A stretch of 64,000 bases of DNA from Candidatus Krumholzibacteriota bacterium (GTDB lineage Bacteria > Krumholzibacteriota > Krumholzibacteriia > JAJRXK01), in contig CAVSGG010000017.1 of the NCBI GenBank assembly GCA_963727455.1, positions 128,001 to 192,000 of the forward strand. Direction: 5' to 3'. Below are positions 1 to 8,697 of this stretch, piece by piece. The position numbers and the translations under genes were made by a program. Every line of letters begins with the position of its first letter. Position 1 is the first letter of the stretch. The notes below the pieces were generated by a model. It was not told the origin of the DNA. It was given only the letters and a program-made list of their open reading frames with translations, and made no database searches.

Positions 1-401
1 GATGACAGGTTGACCACACGAGGGTCCCGGGTACAGAGTACCGGCATCGGATGCCGGGAAGGCCATGGCTCCCGGACCGTCGTGGGAATGAAAAAGAGAA
101 CGTCCGCAGAAAAAGTTATCGGGCGATCGAGTATAACGAAGCCTTCCTGCCAGAGGACGGGAAGGTGGGGGCCGTGCAGGGAGCCGTATTGGCGCGCACC
201 CACGGCCAGAGAATCCTCAAGTGGATCGACGGGGTCGAGAAGGGCCCTGACGGATTGGCAATCGCGAACCAGGCATCGTCCTGTGTCCCCGCGTCGTTTG
301 CCCGCAGCCGCCCGCGCGTTCCGTCGGTCTTTCAGTGCGGTGCAAGGATCTGAGAACCATCTCGATTCCGCCGCCGGGAAAATCACAACCAGGACCCGTC
401 C

Positions 402-2660
402 GTGAGCAACGACCACCCAAAGGTGGCCTTGGGGGCGGCGAGCGAATCTGGGCTGAACCGGTACCACGAGCTGCTCGACAGGGAGATTCTTCCCTGTTTA
501 GAGCGCCCCGGTCGCTACATCGGACCCTTCGAGGTTCGAGGGTTCGCCACCGAAGGCGCTGAAGCCGAGCGCCTGTCCCTGCTCTGGCCTTCGCTGCCGG
601 AGAGCCATCACATCCCGCAAGATCTGGCGCCGATCCGCCAGGCGCTGGAGAACCGTCTGCGAACTCCTCTCGAATTCGCCTGCGTTCCGGCGCCGGAGTG
701 TGCCGCGCGCCTGGCCGCCTGTCGTCTGCCCTACTTCAGCCGTCCTCGCTGGCTTCCTCTCTCGCGCTTTTCTCAACTGGCAGTCTGGCTCGAGGATCCT
801 CTCCAAGTGTTTGGACTGTTGAGCATTCTGGAGGCGGCCGGACTGCCCCTGCGGAAAAAGGAACGCTCTCTGGCTCCTTCGGTCTGGGCGGGGGGACCCG
901 CGGTCCCCTATCTCACAGCTCTGCTCGAGCTCTGGGTGGACAACCAGATCTCCACGGCAGATCCCGAGGCCTACGCCGAGGCCCTGACACAGGCGCGGTC
1001 CGAGGGCTCGCAGAGCCCCGATCCCGATTTCTCCGCAGACTTGAGCCTGGCTTTGGACCCGAAGAACCCGCAGCGCTTTGAGTGCGGGGACGTGGGAGTG
1101 GGCAAAGCCAGAGCGCGTCCGGTCCTGGAAGCTCATCTGAGCCGCCCACTCTGTGAGGTGGAAGCTGGATTCGCCGGCGCACGGTCGACCAAGATGCATC
1201 TCTTCGCTGCGAGCAGCCGTCTGCGGGCTTCGCTCGGCCTGAGCGGAGACGAAGAGGTGCGCGCGGCCCTGCGCGAAGCCCTAGCCCACGAGTCGCGGCA
1301 GCTCACGCTGTATCTCGCGCTAGGCCTTCCTCAGGAGCGCGCGGAGGATCGCGCCGCGATCGGAGAGCTTTTGCGCCAGGTGGTGCGCATCGCGCCCCGC
1401 GGGGCCCGGCAAATCCAGCTGGTCCTGAGTCCCTATCTTGGATTGTCGCCGAAAGACCGCCGGTCACCCGCCGAACTCGCGCGCTGGTCCGCCGCGGTCG
1501 AGGATCGGGCGCGGTCTCTTCGACTCAAAGGCGACTTTCCCTGCGAGGCTGCTCTGCGCCTCGGTTCCGTGATCGTCCGAGGTGATGCGGAGGCCGCGGC
1601 AGAGGTAGAAGCGCTTCACGAGGCGGGACTGCGCCATGGTGACGAAGATGGCGTCCTGCATCGCTTCGTCCGCGGTTTCGATTTTTCACAGGACGGGCCA
1701 AGCGCGTCCGCTGCGGCGGAGGACACTGCTCTCGCTGCAGACGCGGAAACTGCCAGCTCGGTGGGGCTCGATTCCGCCGTAGCGGCACCCACCGGGTTGG
1801 AGACGCTCAGCCCCGTTTCACCTTCGCTGGACGCGAATGGCCATCCGCTTCGCAGCGATCAAAATCCCGAGGAACAGCAGAAAGCCGACCGCTGGCAGCG
1901 CTGGAATGCTCTGGTTCCGCGGGAATATCCCCTGCGTCTGATCTTCGAAAAGCGCGGACTTGCGCGCCATCTCTCGCATCGGGAGACGAGTGATCTTCTG
2001 GTGGAGGCCATGCAACGGGGCGGTCTACCTTTGGCCATTGCCGGTGTCGTCTCTCCCCGGCCGAAACTCTCTTTTGGTCCTTCTCTGCCCGTGGGCGTGA
2101 CGGGTCTTCATGAATTCGTGGACCTGAGCCTGACCCGCAAACCCACGGAGATTCTCTCCCCGATCAACGAGCATCTCCCCGAAGGGCTGCTGGCGCGCGC
2201 GGCGCGCTACCTCCCGCCGGGGGCTCGCAAGTCTCATCTCCCCGTCGAGCGGGCCCGCTACCGAGCCCTCATACCGCCACCGCAGGTGGATGCCGTGCGT
2301 GAAGGGCTGGAGCGGTTTTCTGCGGCGGCGAGTTGGGAGATTGAGCGCATCAAGGGAGAGAAGCTTATCCGAATCGAGCTGAAGGCTCAGGTGACGGACA
2401 TCGACCTGCGGATTGGCGATTCCAAAGCCTGTGAACTCCGCTTCGACCTCATGCTCGACACCGAGGGGGCAAGGCCGCGCGCGCGCGAGTTTCTCGCCTC
2501 TGTCCTGGGTGTCGCCTGCGACGATGTTCGCACGATAACTCTCAGTCGCGAATGCCTTCTCAGTCGCGGCGGTCAGGTTCTGGGATCGTGGAAAACTCCC
2601 CTGGAACTGGTCGACCTCGCGCTGAGGCGTTCGCGGCAGGCAATCAAACGAAACACATAG
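402..2660 (+). CDS. Degenerate TIGR03960-like radical SAM region fused to a TIGR03936/DUF2344 radical-SAM-linked domain
   Basis: N-terminal LERPGRYIG resembles the start of TIGR03960. C-terminal RLIFEKRGLARHLSHRE...PRPKLSFGPSLPVGVTGLHEFVD is DUF2344-like. It sits directly upstream of rne, the usual context. No CxxxCxxC motif. Confidence 0.75.
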   Translation: MSNDHPKVALGAASESGLNRYHELLDREILPCLERPGRYIGPFEVRGFATEGAEAERLSLLWPSLPESHHIPQDLAPIRQALENRLRTPLEFACVPAPECAARLAACRLPYFSRPRWLPLSRFSQLAVWLEDPLQVFGLLSILEAAGLPLRKKERSLAPSVWAGGPAVPYLTALLELWVDNQISTADPEAYAEALTQARSEGSQSPDPDFSADLSLALDPKNPQRFECGDVGVGKARARPVLEAHLSRPLCEVEAGFAGARSTKMHLFAASSRLRASLGLSGDEEVRAALREALAHESRQLTLYLALGLPQERAEDRAAIGELLRQVVRIAPRGARQIQLVLSPYLGLSPKDRRSPAELARWSAAVEDRARSLRLKGDFPCEAALRLGSVIVRGDAEAAAEVEALHEAGLRHGDEDGVLHRFVRGFDFSQDGPSASAAAEDTALAADAETASSVGLDSAVAAPTGLETLSPVSPSLDANGHPLRSDQNPEEQQKADRWQRWNALVPREYPLRLIFEKRGLARHLSHRETSDLLVEAMQRGGLPLAIAGVVSPRPKLSFGPSLPVGVTGLHEFVDLSLTRKPTEILSPINEHLPEGLLARAARYLPPGARKSHLPVERARYRALIPPPQVDAVREGLERFSAAASWEIERIKGEKLIRIELKAQVTDIDLRIGDSKACELRFDLMLDTEGARPRAREFLASVLGVACDDVRTITLSRECLLSRGGQVLGSWKTPLELVDLALRRSRQAIKRNT

Positions 2661-2672
2661 GTATATCTAGTC

Positions 2673-5288
2673 ATGCTCAAAGAAATCGTAGTCAATTCGA
2701 CTCCAAACGAGATTCGCATCGGGATCGTGGAAGATCGGGAGCTGGTCGAGCTGCTCAGCGAGAGCGCCGACGCAACGCGCATGGTGGGGAATCTCTACAA
2801 AGGGAAGGTGACCGCGGTGCGGCCCGGCTTGCAGGCCGCGTTCGTGGACATCGGATTCGACAAAGCCGGCTTTCTTCACGTCAGTGACCTCGTGCACGAG
2901 GAACCCGATGACGATGACGATCATCGCGGCGGCCGGCGCCGCAGCCGTGGACGGGAAGGAATGCGCCCCATCGAGCGCATGCTCCGCGAGGGGGACGAGA
3001 TTCTGGTCCAGGTCGTGAAGGAGCCTATCGGGACCAAGGGTCCGCGCCTCACCGCCGACGTCAGTTTACCGGGCCGATTCCTCGTACTCATGCCCAAAGG
3101 CTCCCACGTCGGTGTCAGCCGCAAAATCGCCGATCGCAAGGAGCGTTCGCGCTTGAAGGAGATGCTCTCGTCGGTGCGGCCCGGCGAAGGCGCCTACATC
3201 ATTCGAACCGCGGGAGAAGGCATCGACGAGAAGATGCTGCGCAAGGACGTCGAGTACCTCGCGAGTGCCTGGACCGACATCAAACAACGGATGACTCAGG
3301 TCAAGGCCCCCGCCGTGGTACACGAGGATGTCGGGCTCATCGTGGGGCTCATTCGCGACGTTCTCACCGAGGACGTCGATGCAGTTCACATCGACAACGA
3401 AGAGGACTACAACCGGCTCGCCAAGTATGTGAAGAACTTCGCGCCCCGTCTGCAGGATAGAATCAAGCTCTACCGCGGTGACATGGCGCTCTTCGACAAG
3501 TATGACATCGAAAGCGAGCTGAAGAAGAGCCTCGAGCGCAAAGTCTGGATGAAGAAGGGTGGGTACATCGTCATTGATCCCACCGAGGCGCTCGTGGCCA
3601 TCGACGTGAACACGGGTCGTTTCACCGGCAAAAGAAACCAGGAAGAGACCATTTTCAAGACCAACATGATCGCCGCTCGTGAGATTCCGCGGCAGCTGCG
3701 TCTGCGCGACATCGGCGGGATCATCATCATCGACTTCATCGACATGGAGAGCGAGGCCAATAAGCGCAAGGTCCTCAACGAGCTCCGCACCTATCTGAAG
3801 CGGGACCGAGCGCGCACCAAGACTTTCAACGTGAGCGACTTGGGACTGGTGGAAATGAGTCGTCAGCGCGTGCGGGAAAGTCTGCAGGCCAGGCTGAGCG
3901 ACGATTGCCCATTCTGCCATGCCACCGGTCACATTCTGTCGCTCGATACGCTCGCCAACAAGGTGGAGCGCCTTCTCTCCAAGTGCGGTCTGGTTACGCA
4001 GGAAAACGCGGTGCAGGTCCAGGCCAGCCCCAGTCTCGCGATCCATCTGCTCACCCATCGCGGCGAAGCGGTCGAGAAGATCGCGCGCGGCTTCAATATG
4101 AAGATCGATATTCTGGATGACGCGCGGATCCACCGTGAGGAATTCAAGATTGTCTCCCTGCGAAACCGAAAGGACCTCACGAGCCAGCTCGAAACGGCGG
4201 TGTGGAAAGGGACGGTCACCCGCCGACGCTCCTCCGCGGCGGTTGCTGCCGAGGGCCAATCCAGCGATCAACGGGAGCGCGGCGACCGCAACGCGGGTCA
4301 GAGCTCCCGCTCCTCGAGCTCGCGTCGCGGCAGCTCCAACCGCGACCGGCGCGGAGAGAGTGGAAGTGGAGAGAGCGGACGGGGTGGACGCTCGCGTCGC
4401 TCTCGTTCCTCCTCCTCGCAAGGAGGGGCACAGACGGACGACAGTCCCCGGCAGAGGCAGGAGTCGAGTTCCAGGGGATCTTCGAGCCGTCAGGATTCAC
4501 AACGCTCTGAGAACCGCGATTCCCGCCGTTCCGGCTCGCGGCGCGATGGACGAAGGTCCAGCTCCAACGCATCAGAACGCGATGCGCAGCGCCAGGAGAT
4601 TGCGGCGGCGGACGAGCGCGGAGCCCGCAACGCCCAGAGCTCGAGCGCTGAGGATCGCTCCCGCAGCGCGAGTTCCGAGGGCGAGACCAGTAAGCGCCCC
4701 CGCCGGCGCAGGAGAGGAAGGCGCGGTCGTGGCCGCGGCAGGGGCGCCGCGAAGGGCGCCGAGGGAAACGCGAACAGCGCGCAAGGAGCCGCGAAGAACG
4801 CGGAAGCCAAGGCGAAAGGTGCCCAGCCAAACGCGAAAGCCGCGGACAACGGTGCCAAGGGCCCAGAGGATGCCCCTGCTCGGCAATCCCAGCCGAGACC
4901 CCGTCCCGAGCAAACGAGCTCGAGATCCGCAGCGTCCAAGGATACCCCGCAGCGTGGTTCCCGGGAAGAGAGCGAGGAGAAATCCCGTCCCGCACGCGGC
5001 TCCCGTTCCCGGCGCGGGCGTGGCCGCAGGATGCAAAGCTCGGAATCAAGCTCTCAGAGCAAGGCAGCCGAGAATCAGCCGGCGGCCCAGAACCGGCAAG
5101 GCGAGAACGAGCCGGCGCGGAGCCAGCCCTCACAGAGCCGAGCCTCCCAATCGTCCCCGAACTCCAATTCCGCGACGAAGACTCAGAGCTCTGCCGAACC
5201 TCAGGAGTCAAAGAAGGAAGCGAGAGAGGAAAAACAGCCTTCCAAGCGTCGCCATCGACGGGTGCGCCGCTCGGGACGAAGTCACTAG
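2673..5288 (+). CDS. rne: Ribonuclease E/G family endoribonuclease with a long Arg/Ser-rich disordered C-terminus
   Basis: S1 region GNLYKGKV..V.PGLQAAFVDIG; KEPIGTKGPRLT; IDVNTG; LRLRDIGGIIIIDFIDM; Zn-link CPFCHATG; about 360 aa low-complexity tail. Confidence 0.93.
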   Translation: MLKEIVVNSTPNEIRIGIVEDRELVELLSESADATRMVGNLYKGKVTAVRPGLQAAFVDIGFDKAGFLHVSDLVHEEPDDDDDHRGGRRRSRGREGMRPIERMLREGDEILVQVVKEPIGTKGPRLTADVSLPGRFLVLMPKGSHVGVSRKIADRKERSRLKEMLSSVRPGEGAYIIRTAGEGIDEKMLRKDVEYLASAWTDIKQRMTQVKAPAVVHEDVGLIVGLIRDVLTEDVDAVHIDNEEDYNRLAKYVKNFAPRLQDRIKLYRGDMALFDKYDIESELKKSLERKVWMKKGGYIVIDPTEALVAIDVNTGRFTGKRNQEETIFKTNMIAAREIPRQLRLRDIGGIIIIDFIDMESEANKRKVLNELRTYLKRDRARTKTFNVSDLGLVEMSRQRVRESLQARLSDDCPFCHATGHILSLDTLANKVERLLSKCGLVTQENAVQVQASPSLAIHLLTHRGEAVEKIARGFNMKIDILDDARIHREEFKIVSLRNRKDLTSQLETAVWKGTVTRRRSSAAVAAEGQSSDQRERGDRNAGQSSRSSSSRRGSSNRDRRGESGSGESGRGGRSRRSRSSSSQGGAQTDDSPRQRQESSSRGSSSRQDSQRSENRDSRRSGSRRDGRRSSSNASERDAQRQEIAAADERGARNAQSSSAEDRSRSASSEGETSKRPRRRRRGRRGRGRGRGAAKGAEGNANSAQGAAKNAEAKAKGAQPNAKAADNGAKGPEDAPARQSQPRPRPEQTSSRSAASKDTPQRGSREESEEKSRPARGSRSRRGRGRRMQSSESSSQSKAAENQPAAQNRQGENEPARSQPSQSRASQSSPNSNSATKTQSSAEPQESKKEAREEKQPSKRRHRRVRRSGRSH

Positions 5289-6004
5289 TCGTGCTTCGTG
5301 AGGGCGTTCCTGCGCTCAGCTGAGCCGGCGGCCTGTGATAGGGGCGCGAAGAGGGGAAGTGTCTCCGGCTCGCTCATCGTTACCGCGTGGTGCCCGAGCC
5401 CCCTGTCCGGGACGGGCGTGCTTACCGCCGCCTCGAGTTTGCCTAACAGCTCCTGCGCATCGCGTGGGACTTTTCCCAGCACGCTCAGGCTTTCCATCGC
5501 CTCCAGGTAGCCTTCTGCGCGCTCGGGGCGAGCTGAGCGTTGCATCAATTCAGCGAATCGCGCGCCGTGGTTGGGCACTTTCAGGTGAATCAGTTCGTGC
5601 AGGAGGATGTGCTCCACCACCCAAACCGGGTGGCCTCGAAGCGCTTCGCTGATCCGAATGCTCCCGCTCTCTTGATGCGGATCGAAAGTGCACGAGCCCC
5701 AGCGGCTTCGTTGACGCTTGGAGAAGGCGACGGAAAAGGGCGGGAGCTTGAGATCACGCAAACGACTGCGCGCGATCTTCCGGGCCAGTTGCATGAGCCT
5801 GTCTTCATCGAAGACGCGCTTGCGCGCCAGATCGTCCCTAAGGCGTCGCCGTAGCTCGGGGAGAATTCTCTCCAATTCGCCTCTGCCAATCCGCCGTGGA
5901 ATGCGCGCTCTGAGCCGGCCCTCCTCCAGACGGAGTTCGACGGACCGTCGTCGCGATCGAATCAGCTCGATGGTACTGGGCAAAAAATCAGTGGCGGCTG
6001 GCAT
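5285..6004 (-). CDS. YgjP/DUF45-like M48 family metal-dependent hydrolase
   Basis: RSRRRSVEL, QRSRWGSC and HILLHELIHLKVPNHG..F motifs. Confidence 0.85.
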   Translation of the reverse strand: MPAATDFLPSTIELIRSRRRSVELRLEEGRLRARIPRRIGRGELERILPELRRRLRDDLARKRVFDEDRLMQLARKIARSRLRDLKLPPFSVAFSKRQRSRWGSCTFDPHQESGSIRISEALRGHPVWVVEHILLHELIHLKVPNHGARFAELMQRSARPERAEGYLEAMESLSVLGKVPRDAQELLGKLEAAVSTPVPDRGLGHHAVTMSEPETLPLFAPLSQAAGSAERRNALTKHD

Positions 6005-6827
6005 CGCGCAGAATCTCACGCTCCCTAGGAGTCAGACTCTCGATTCCATGCTCGGAGATCTTCTCGAGAATCTCGTCGACGCTGGCTTCGCCCGGACGCC
6101 GGGGACTCGACCAGCCGCTCTCCCTATACACTCTCTCCCCGTTTTGGTCCATCTTGCGACGAGCGAAGGTCGCCCGCATTTTGCGCACCACACCATTGAG
6201 TTGGGTGTCCAGGTTCAGGTACACCCAGCCGAAGAGCATTCCGCCCAGATGCGCGAAATGGGCCACCGTCGAGCCTCCTCGACCGAGGGCGCCGATGAGA
6301 TCGAGCAGCACCAATCCCACCACGAGGTACTTCATGCGGATGCCGATGAGTCCGTAGAGATAGACCACCTGATCGGGATACATCATTCCGTAGGCCAGGA
6401 GCAGGCCCATGATTGCGGCGCTCGCCCCGATGATGGGGATGTTGGCGCCGCCGAACGCGAGCCCCACCAGGGCCTGACAAATCCCGCCGCCGATGCCGCA
6501 GACGAAGTAGTAACGCAGGAAGAGCTGGCTGCCCCACGCGTACTCGATCGCGGTTCCGAACATCCACAGCATGAACATGTTGAAACCGATGTGTAGGATG
6601 CCCCCGTGCAGGAACATGTAGGTCACGAGGGTATAGAGCTTGTAGGGCCAGAGCTCGCCCGGAATCAGCGCGAAATTGGGAATCGGGTGCCAACCCGCCA
6701 GCCACTCGAGAATGAAGACCCCGATGTTGATGCCGAGCAGGAGGCGAACCATGGGGGGGACGGACGCTCCGGGACCGAAGCGGAACGAGGAGCGGCCGGT
6801 GAATCTCGAGAAGGGGTTGGTCTGCAT
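5988..6827 (-). CDS. Rhomboid family intramembrane serine protease with a short C-terminal helical domain (DUF6576-like)
   Basis: TYMFLHGGILHIGFNM, catalytic GASAA and AHFAHLGG, tail VDEILEKISEHGIESLT. Confidence 0.92.
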   Translation of the reverse strand: MQTNPFSRFTGRSSFRFGPGASVPPMVRLLLGINIGVFILEWLAGWHPIPNFALIPGELWPYKLYTLVTYMFLHGGILHIGFNMFMLWMFGTAIEYAWGSQLFLRYYFVCGIGGGICQALVGLAFGGANIPIIGASAAIMGLLLAYGMMYPDQVVYLYGLIGIRMKYLVVGLVLLDLIGALGRGGSTVAHFAHLGGMLFGWVYLNLDTQLNGVVRKMRATFARRKMDQNGERVYRESGWSSPRRPGEASVDEILEKISEHGIESLTPREREILRDASRH

Positions 6828-6963
6828 GATCCCTCTATCCGTGGGCAATAATCGCGAGTTCTCGGGCGTGCGTTCGCGGAGGTTTCCGGCTAGCATCCCT
6901 GGCAAAGCTAACACAGACTGGCCTCGATGCCCTCAATCGAGGTGGAAAGAGAGTGCACGAAGC

Positions 6964-7503
6964 ATGGTTTCCAGCCCGAAAGTGGTGGTCTTCGGCAGTT
7001 CGCGTTGCCCGGAGGGAAGCGCGGACCAGCAACAGGCCTATGAAGTGGGAAGCGTGGTGGGGTCGCGAAAACTCGTCCTCGTGAGCGGAGGTTACGGCGG
7101 TAGCATGGGAGCCGCCTCCAGGGGAGCCAAGGAGGCGGGGGGGAAGGTCCTGGGAATCACCACCGCGATCTTCGTGGATCGTCAGGCCAATCCCTGGCTG
7201 GATGAGCAGATCGACGAACCCGACTACCCGGCCCGCATGGCCCACATGATCCGGCTGGGAAACGCCTTCGTCGCGCTTCCGGGTGCTTTGGGAACTCTCT
7301 CGGAGTGGCTCTTGGCCTGGTGTCTTGCCAGCATCGATCAACTCGGTGGTCCGCTGTGGGCCTTTGCCGAACCGTGGCGCAAGATTCATGATCGTGTCCT
7401 GGAGCTCCCCGAGGTTACCGTAGACAAGCGGGAATGTGTCGGTTGGTTGCAGAAGCCAGCCGATCTGGCCGGTGAGCTGGACGCCTGGCTCGAGCGATCT
7501 TAG
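6964..7503 (+). CDS. LOG family nucleotide phosphoribohydrolase-like protein
   Basis: VVVFGSS, SGGYGGSMGAASRGA and ALPGALGTLSE (variant of PGGxGTxxE). Confidence 0.88.
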   Translation: MVSSPKVVVFGSSRCPEGSADQQQAYEVGSVVGSRKLVLVSGGYGGSMGAASRGAKEAGGKVLGITTAIFVDRQANPWLDEQIDEPDYPARMAHMIRLGNAFVALPGALGTLSEWLLAWCLASIDQLGGPLWAFAEPWRKIHDRVLELPEVTVDKRECVGWLQKPADLAGELDAWLERS

Positions 7504-7614
7504 TTTTTCCCAAGCCGGAGCAATACGGTCCTCGTGTGCTAGAATTGATGCGACGCGTTTCTCCATGGTGGAGAGGTTTTTCGTTCGCACCTGCATTCAA
7601 AGAGGTTGGAAGCA

Positions 7615-8682
7615 ATGGCCCGAATCAAGAACATCTTGGTGGTCGGAACGGGAACCATCGGCGAACCGCTGATCGGTCTCCTCACCACGCTTCGAAAGGA
7701 ACTCGGAATCGACGAAATCCGGTTTCACAAGAGGACCCCTCTGCTCACCGACCGCTCGAAGGTGAAGGACCTCATCCGTCGCGGCGCGTCGCTCGTCGCA
7801 GACGCCGATCGCCACGATGATTTCCGCGAAATCGGTCTGGAGCCGCAGCATCGCACTCGGGATGCCCTGGAGGATGCCTCGGTCGTCGTCGATTGCACGC
7901 CGGCGGGCAACAAGATGAAAGAGAAGTATTACAACGATCACGCGGGCAATACCGATCTCTTTATCGCGCAGGGTAGCGAATTCGGTTTCGGTAAGATGTA
8001 CGCTCGCGGCATCAACGACAGCGCTCTCGTCCCCGGAGAGGATCGATTCATCCAGGTTGTTTCCTGCAACACCCACAATCTCTCGGTGCTGGTTCAGGTC
8101 CTTGCGCTCAACGAAGGTGCGGACAACCTGGAGAATGGACGCTTCGTTTGTATCCGGCGGGCAAATGACCTGAGCCAGGACGACAAGTTCATTCCCTCGC
8201 CCGAGGTGGGGCGTCACAAGGACGAGCGCTTTGGCACCCATCACGCCCGGGACGCATTTCATCTCTTTCAGACCTTGGGTCACGATCTAAACCTCTATTC
8301 CTCGGCAATGAAGTTGAACACGCAGTTCATGCATGTCATTCACTTCAATTTGCGTCTAAAACGCGCCACGACACTGGAGAGAATCTGTCAGCACATCGAA
8401 GCCAACGACCGCGTGGCGACCACTTACAAGCACACCGCAAACTCCATCTTCTCCTTCGGGCGTGACCACGGATTCTTCGGCCGCATCCTGAACCAAACCG
8501 TCATTCCTCTGGACACGCTTGCCTTGAGTTCGGGAGGGCACGAGCTGGTGGGGTTCTGTTTCACGCCGCAGGATGGCAACTCGATTCTCTCGTCGATTGC
8601 CGCCAGCGCTTGGGGCCTGGATCCGGAGAACTACGAGAAGCGCATTCAGGCCCTCTCGCCCTACTTCTTCAACGAGGTTTGA
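7615..8682 (+). CDS. Class II (archaeal-type) glyceraldehyde-3-phosphate dehydrogenase-like protein
   Basis: GTGTIG Rossmann motif, VVDCTP, QG.E, catalytic VVSCNT, RRAND and THHARD match class II GAPDH motifs. AGAGG RBS before ATG 7615. Confidence 0.75.
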   Translation: MARIKNILVVGTGTIGEPLIGLLTTLRKELGIDEIRFHKRTPLLTDRSKVKDLIRRGASLVADADRHDDFREIGLEPQHRTRDALEDASVVVDCTPAGNKMKEKYYNDHAGNTDLFIAQGSEFGFGKMYARGINDSALVPGEDRFIQVVSCNTHNLSVLVQVLALNEGADNLENGRFVCIRRANDLSQDDKFIPSPEVGRHKDERFGTHHARDAFHLFQTLGHDLNLYSSAMKLNTQFMHVIHFNLRLKRATTLERICQHIEANDRVATTYKHTANSIFSFGRDHGFFGRILNQTVIPLDTLALSSGGHELVGFCFTPQDGNSILSSIAASAWGLDPENYEKRIQALSPYFFNEV

Positions 8683-8697
8683 TCGGGCCGGACGGAA

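Noticed and set aside
10-405. Short ORFs at the window start
   Set aside because: No recognisable motifs or RBS; the region looks intergenic.
5988-6827. Rhomboid as the processing enzyme for the SWG tail
   Set aside because: The tail lacks the TM helix of rhombosortase (GlyGly-CTERM) substrates, and the rhomboid is not linked to the tagged genes.
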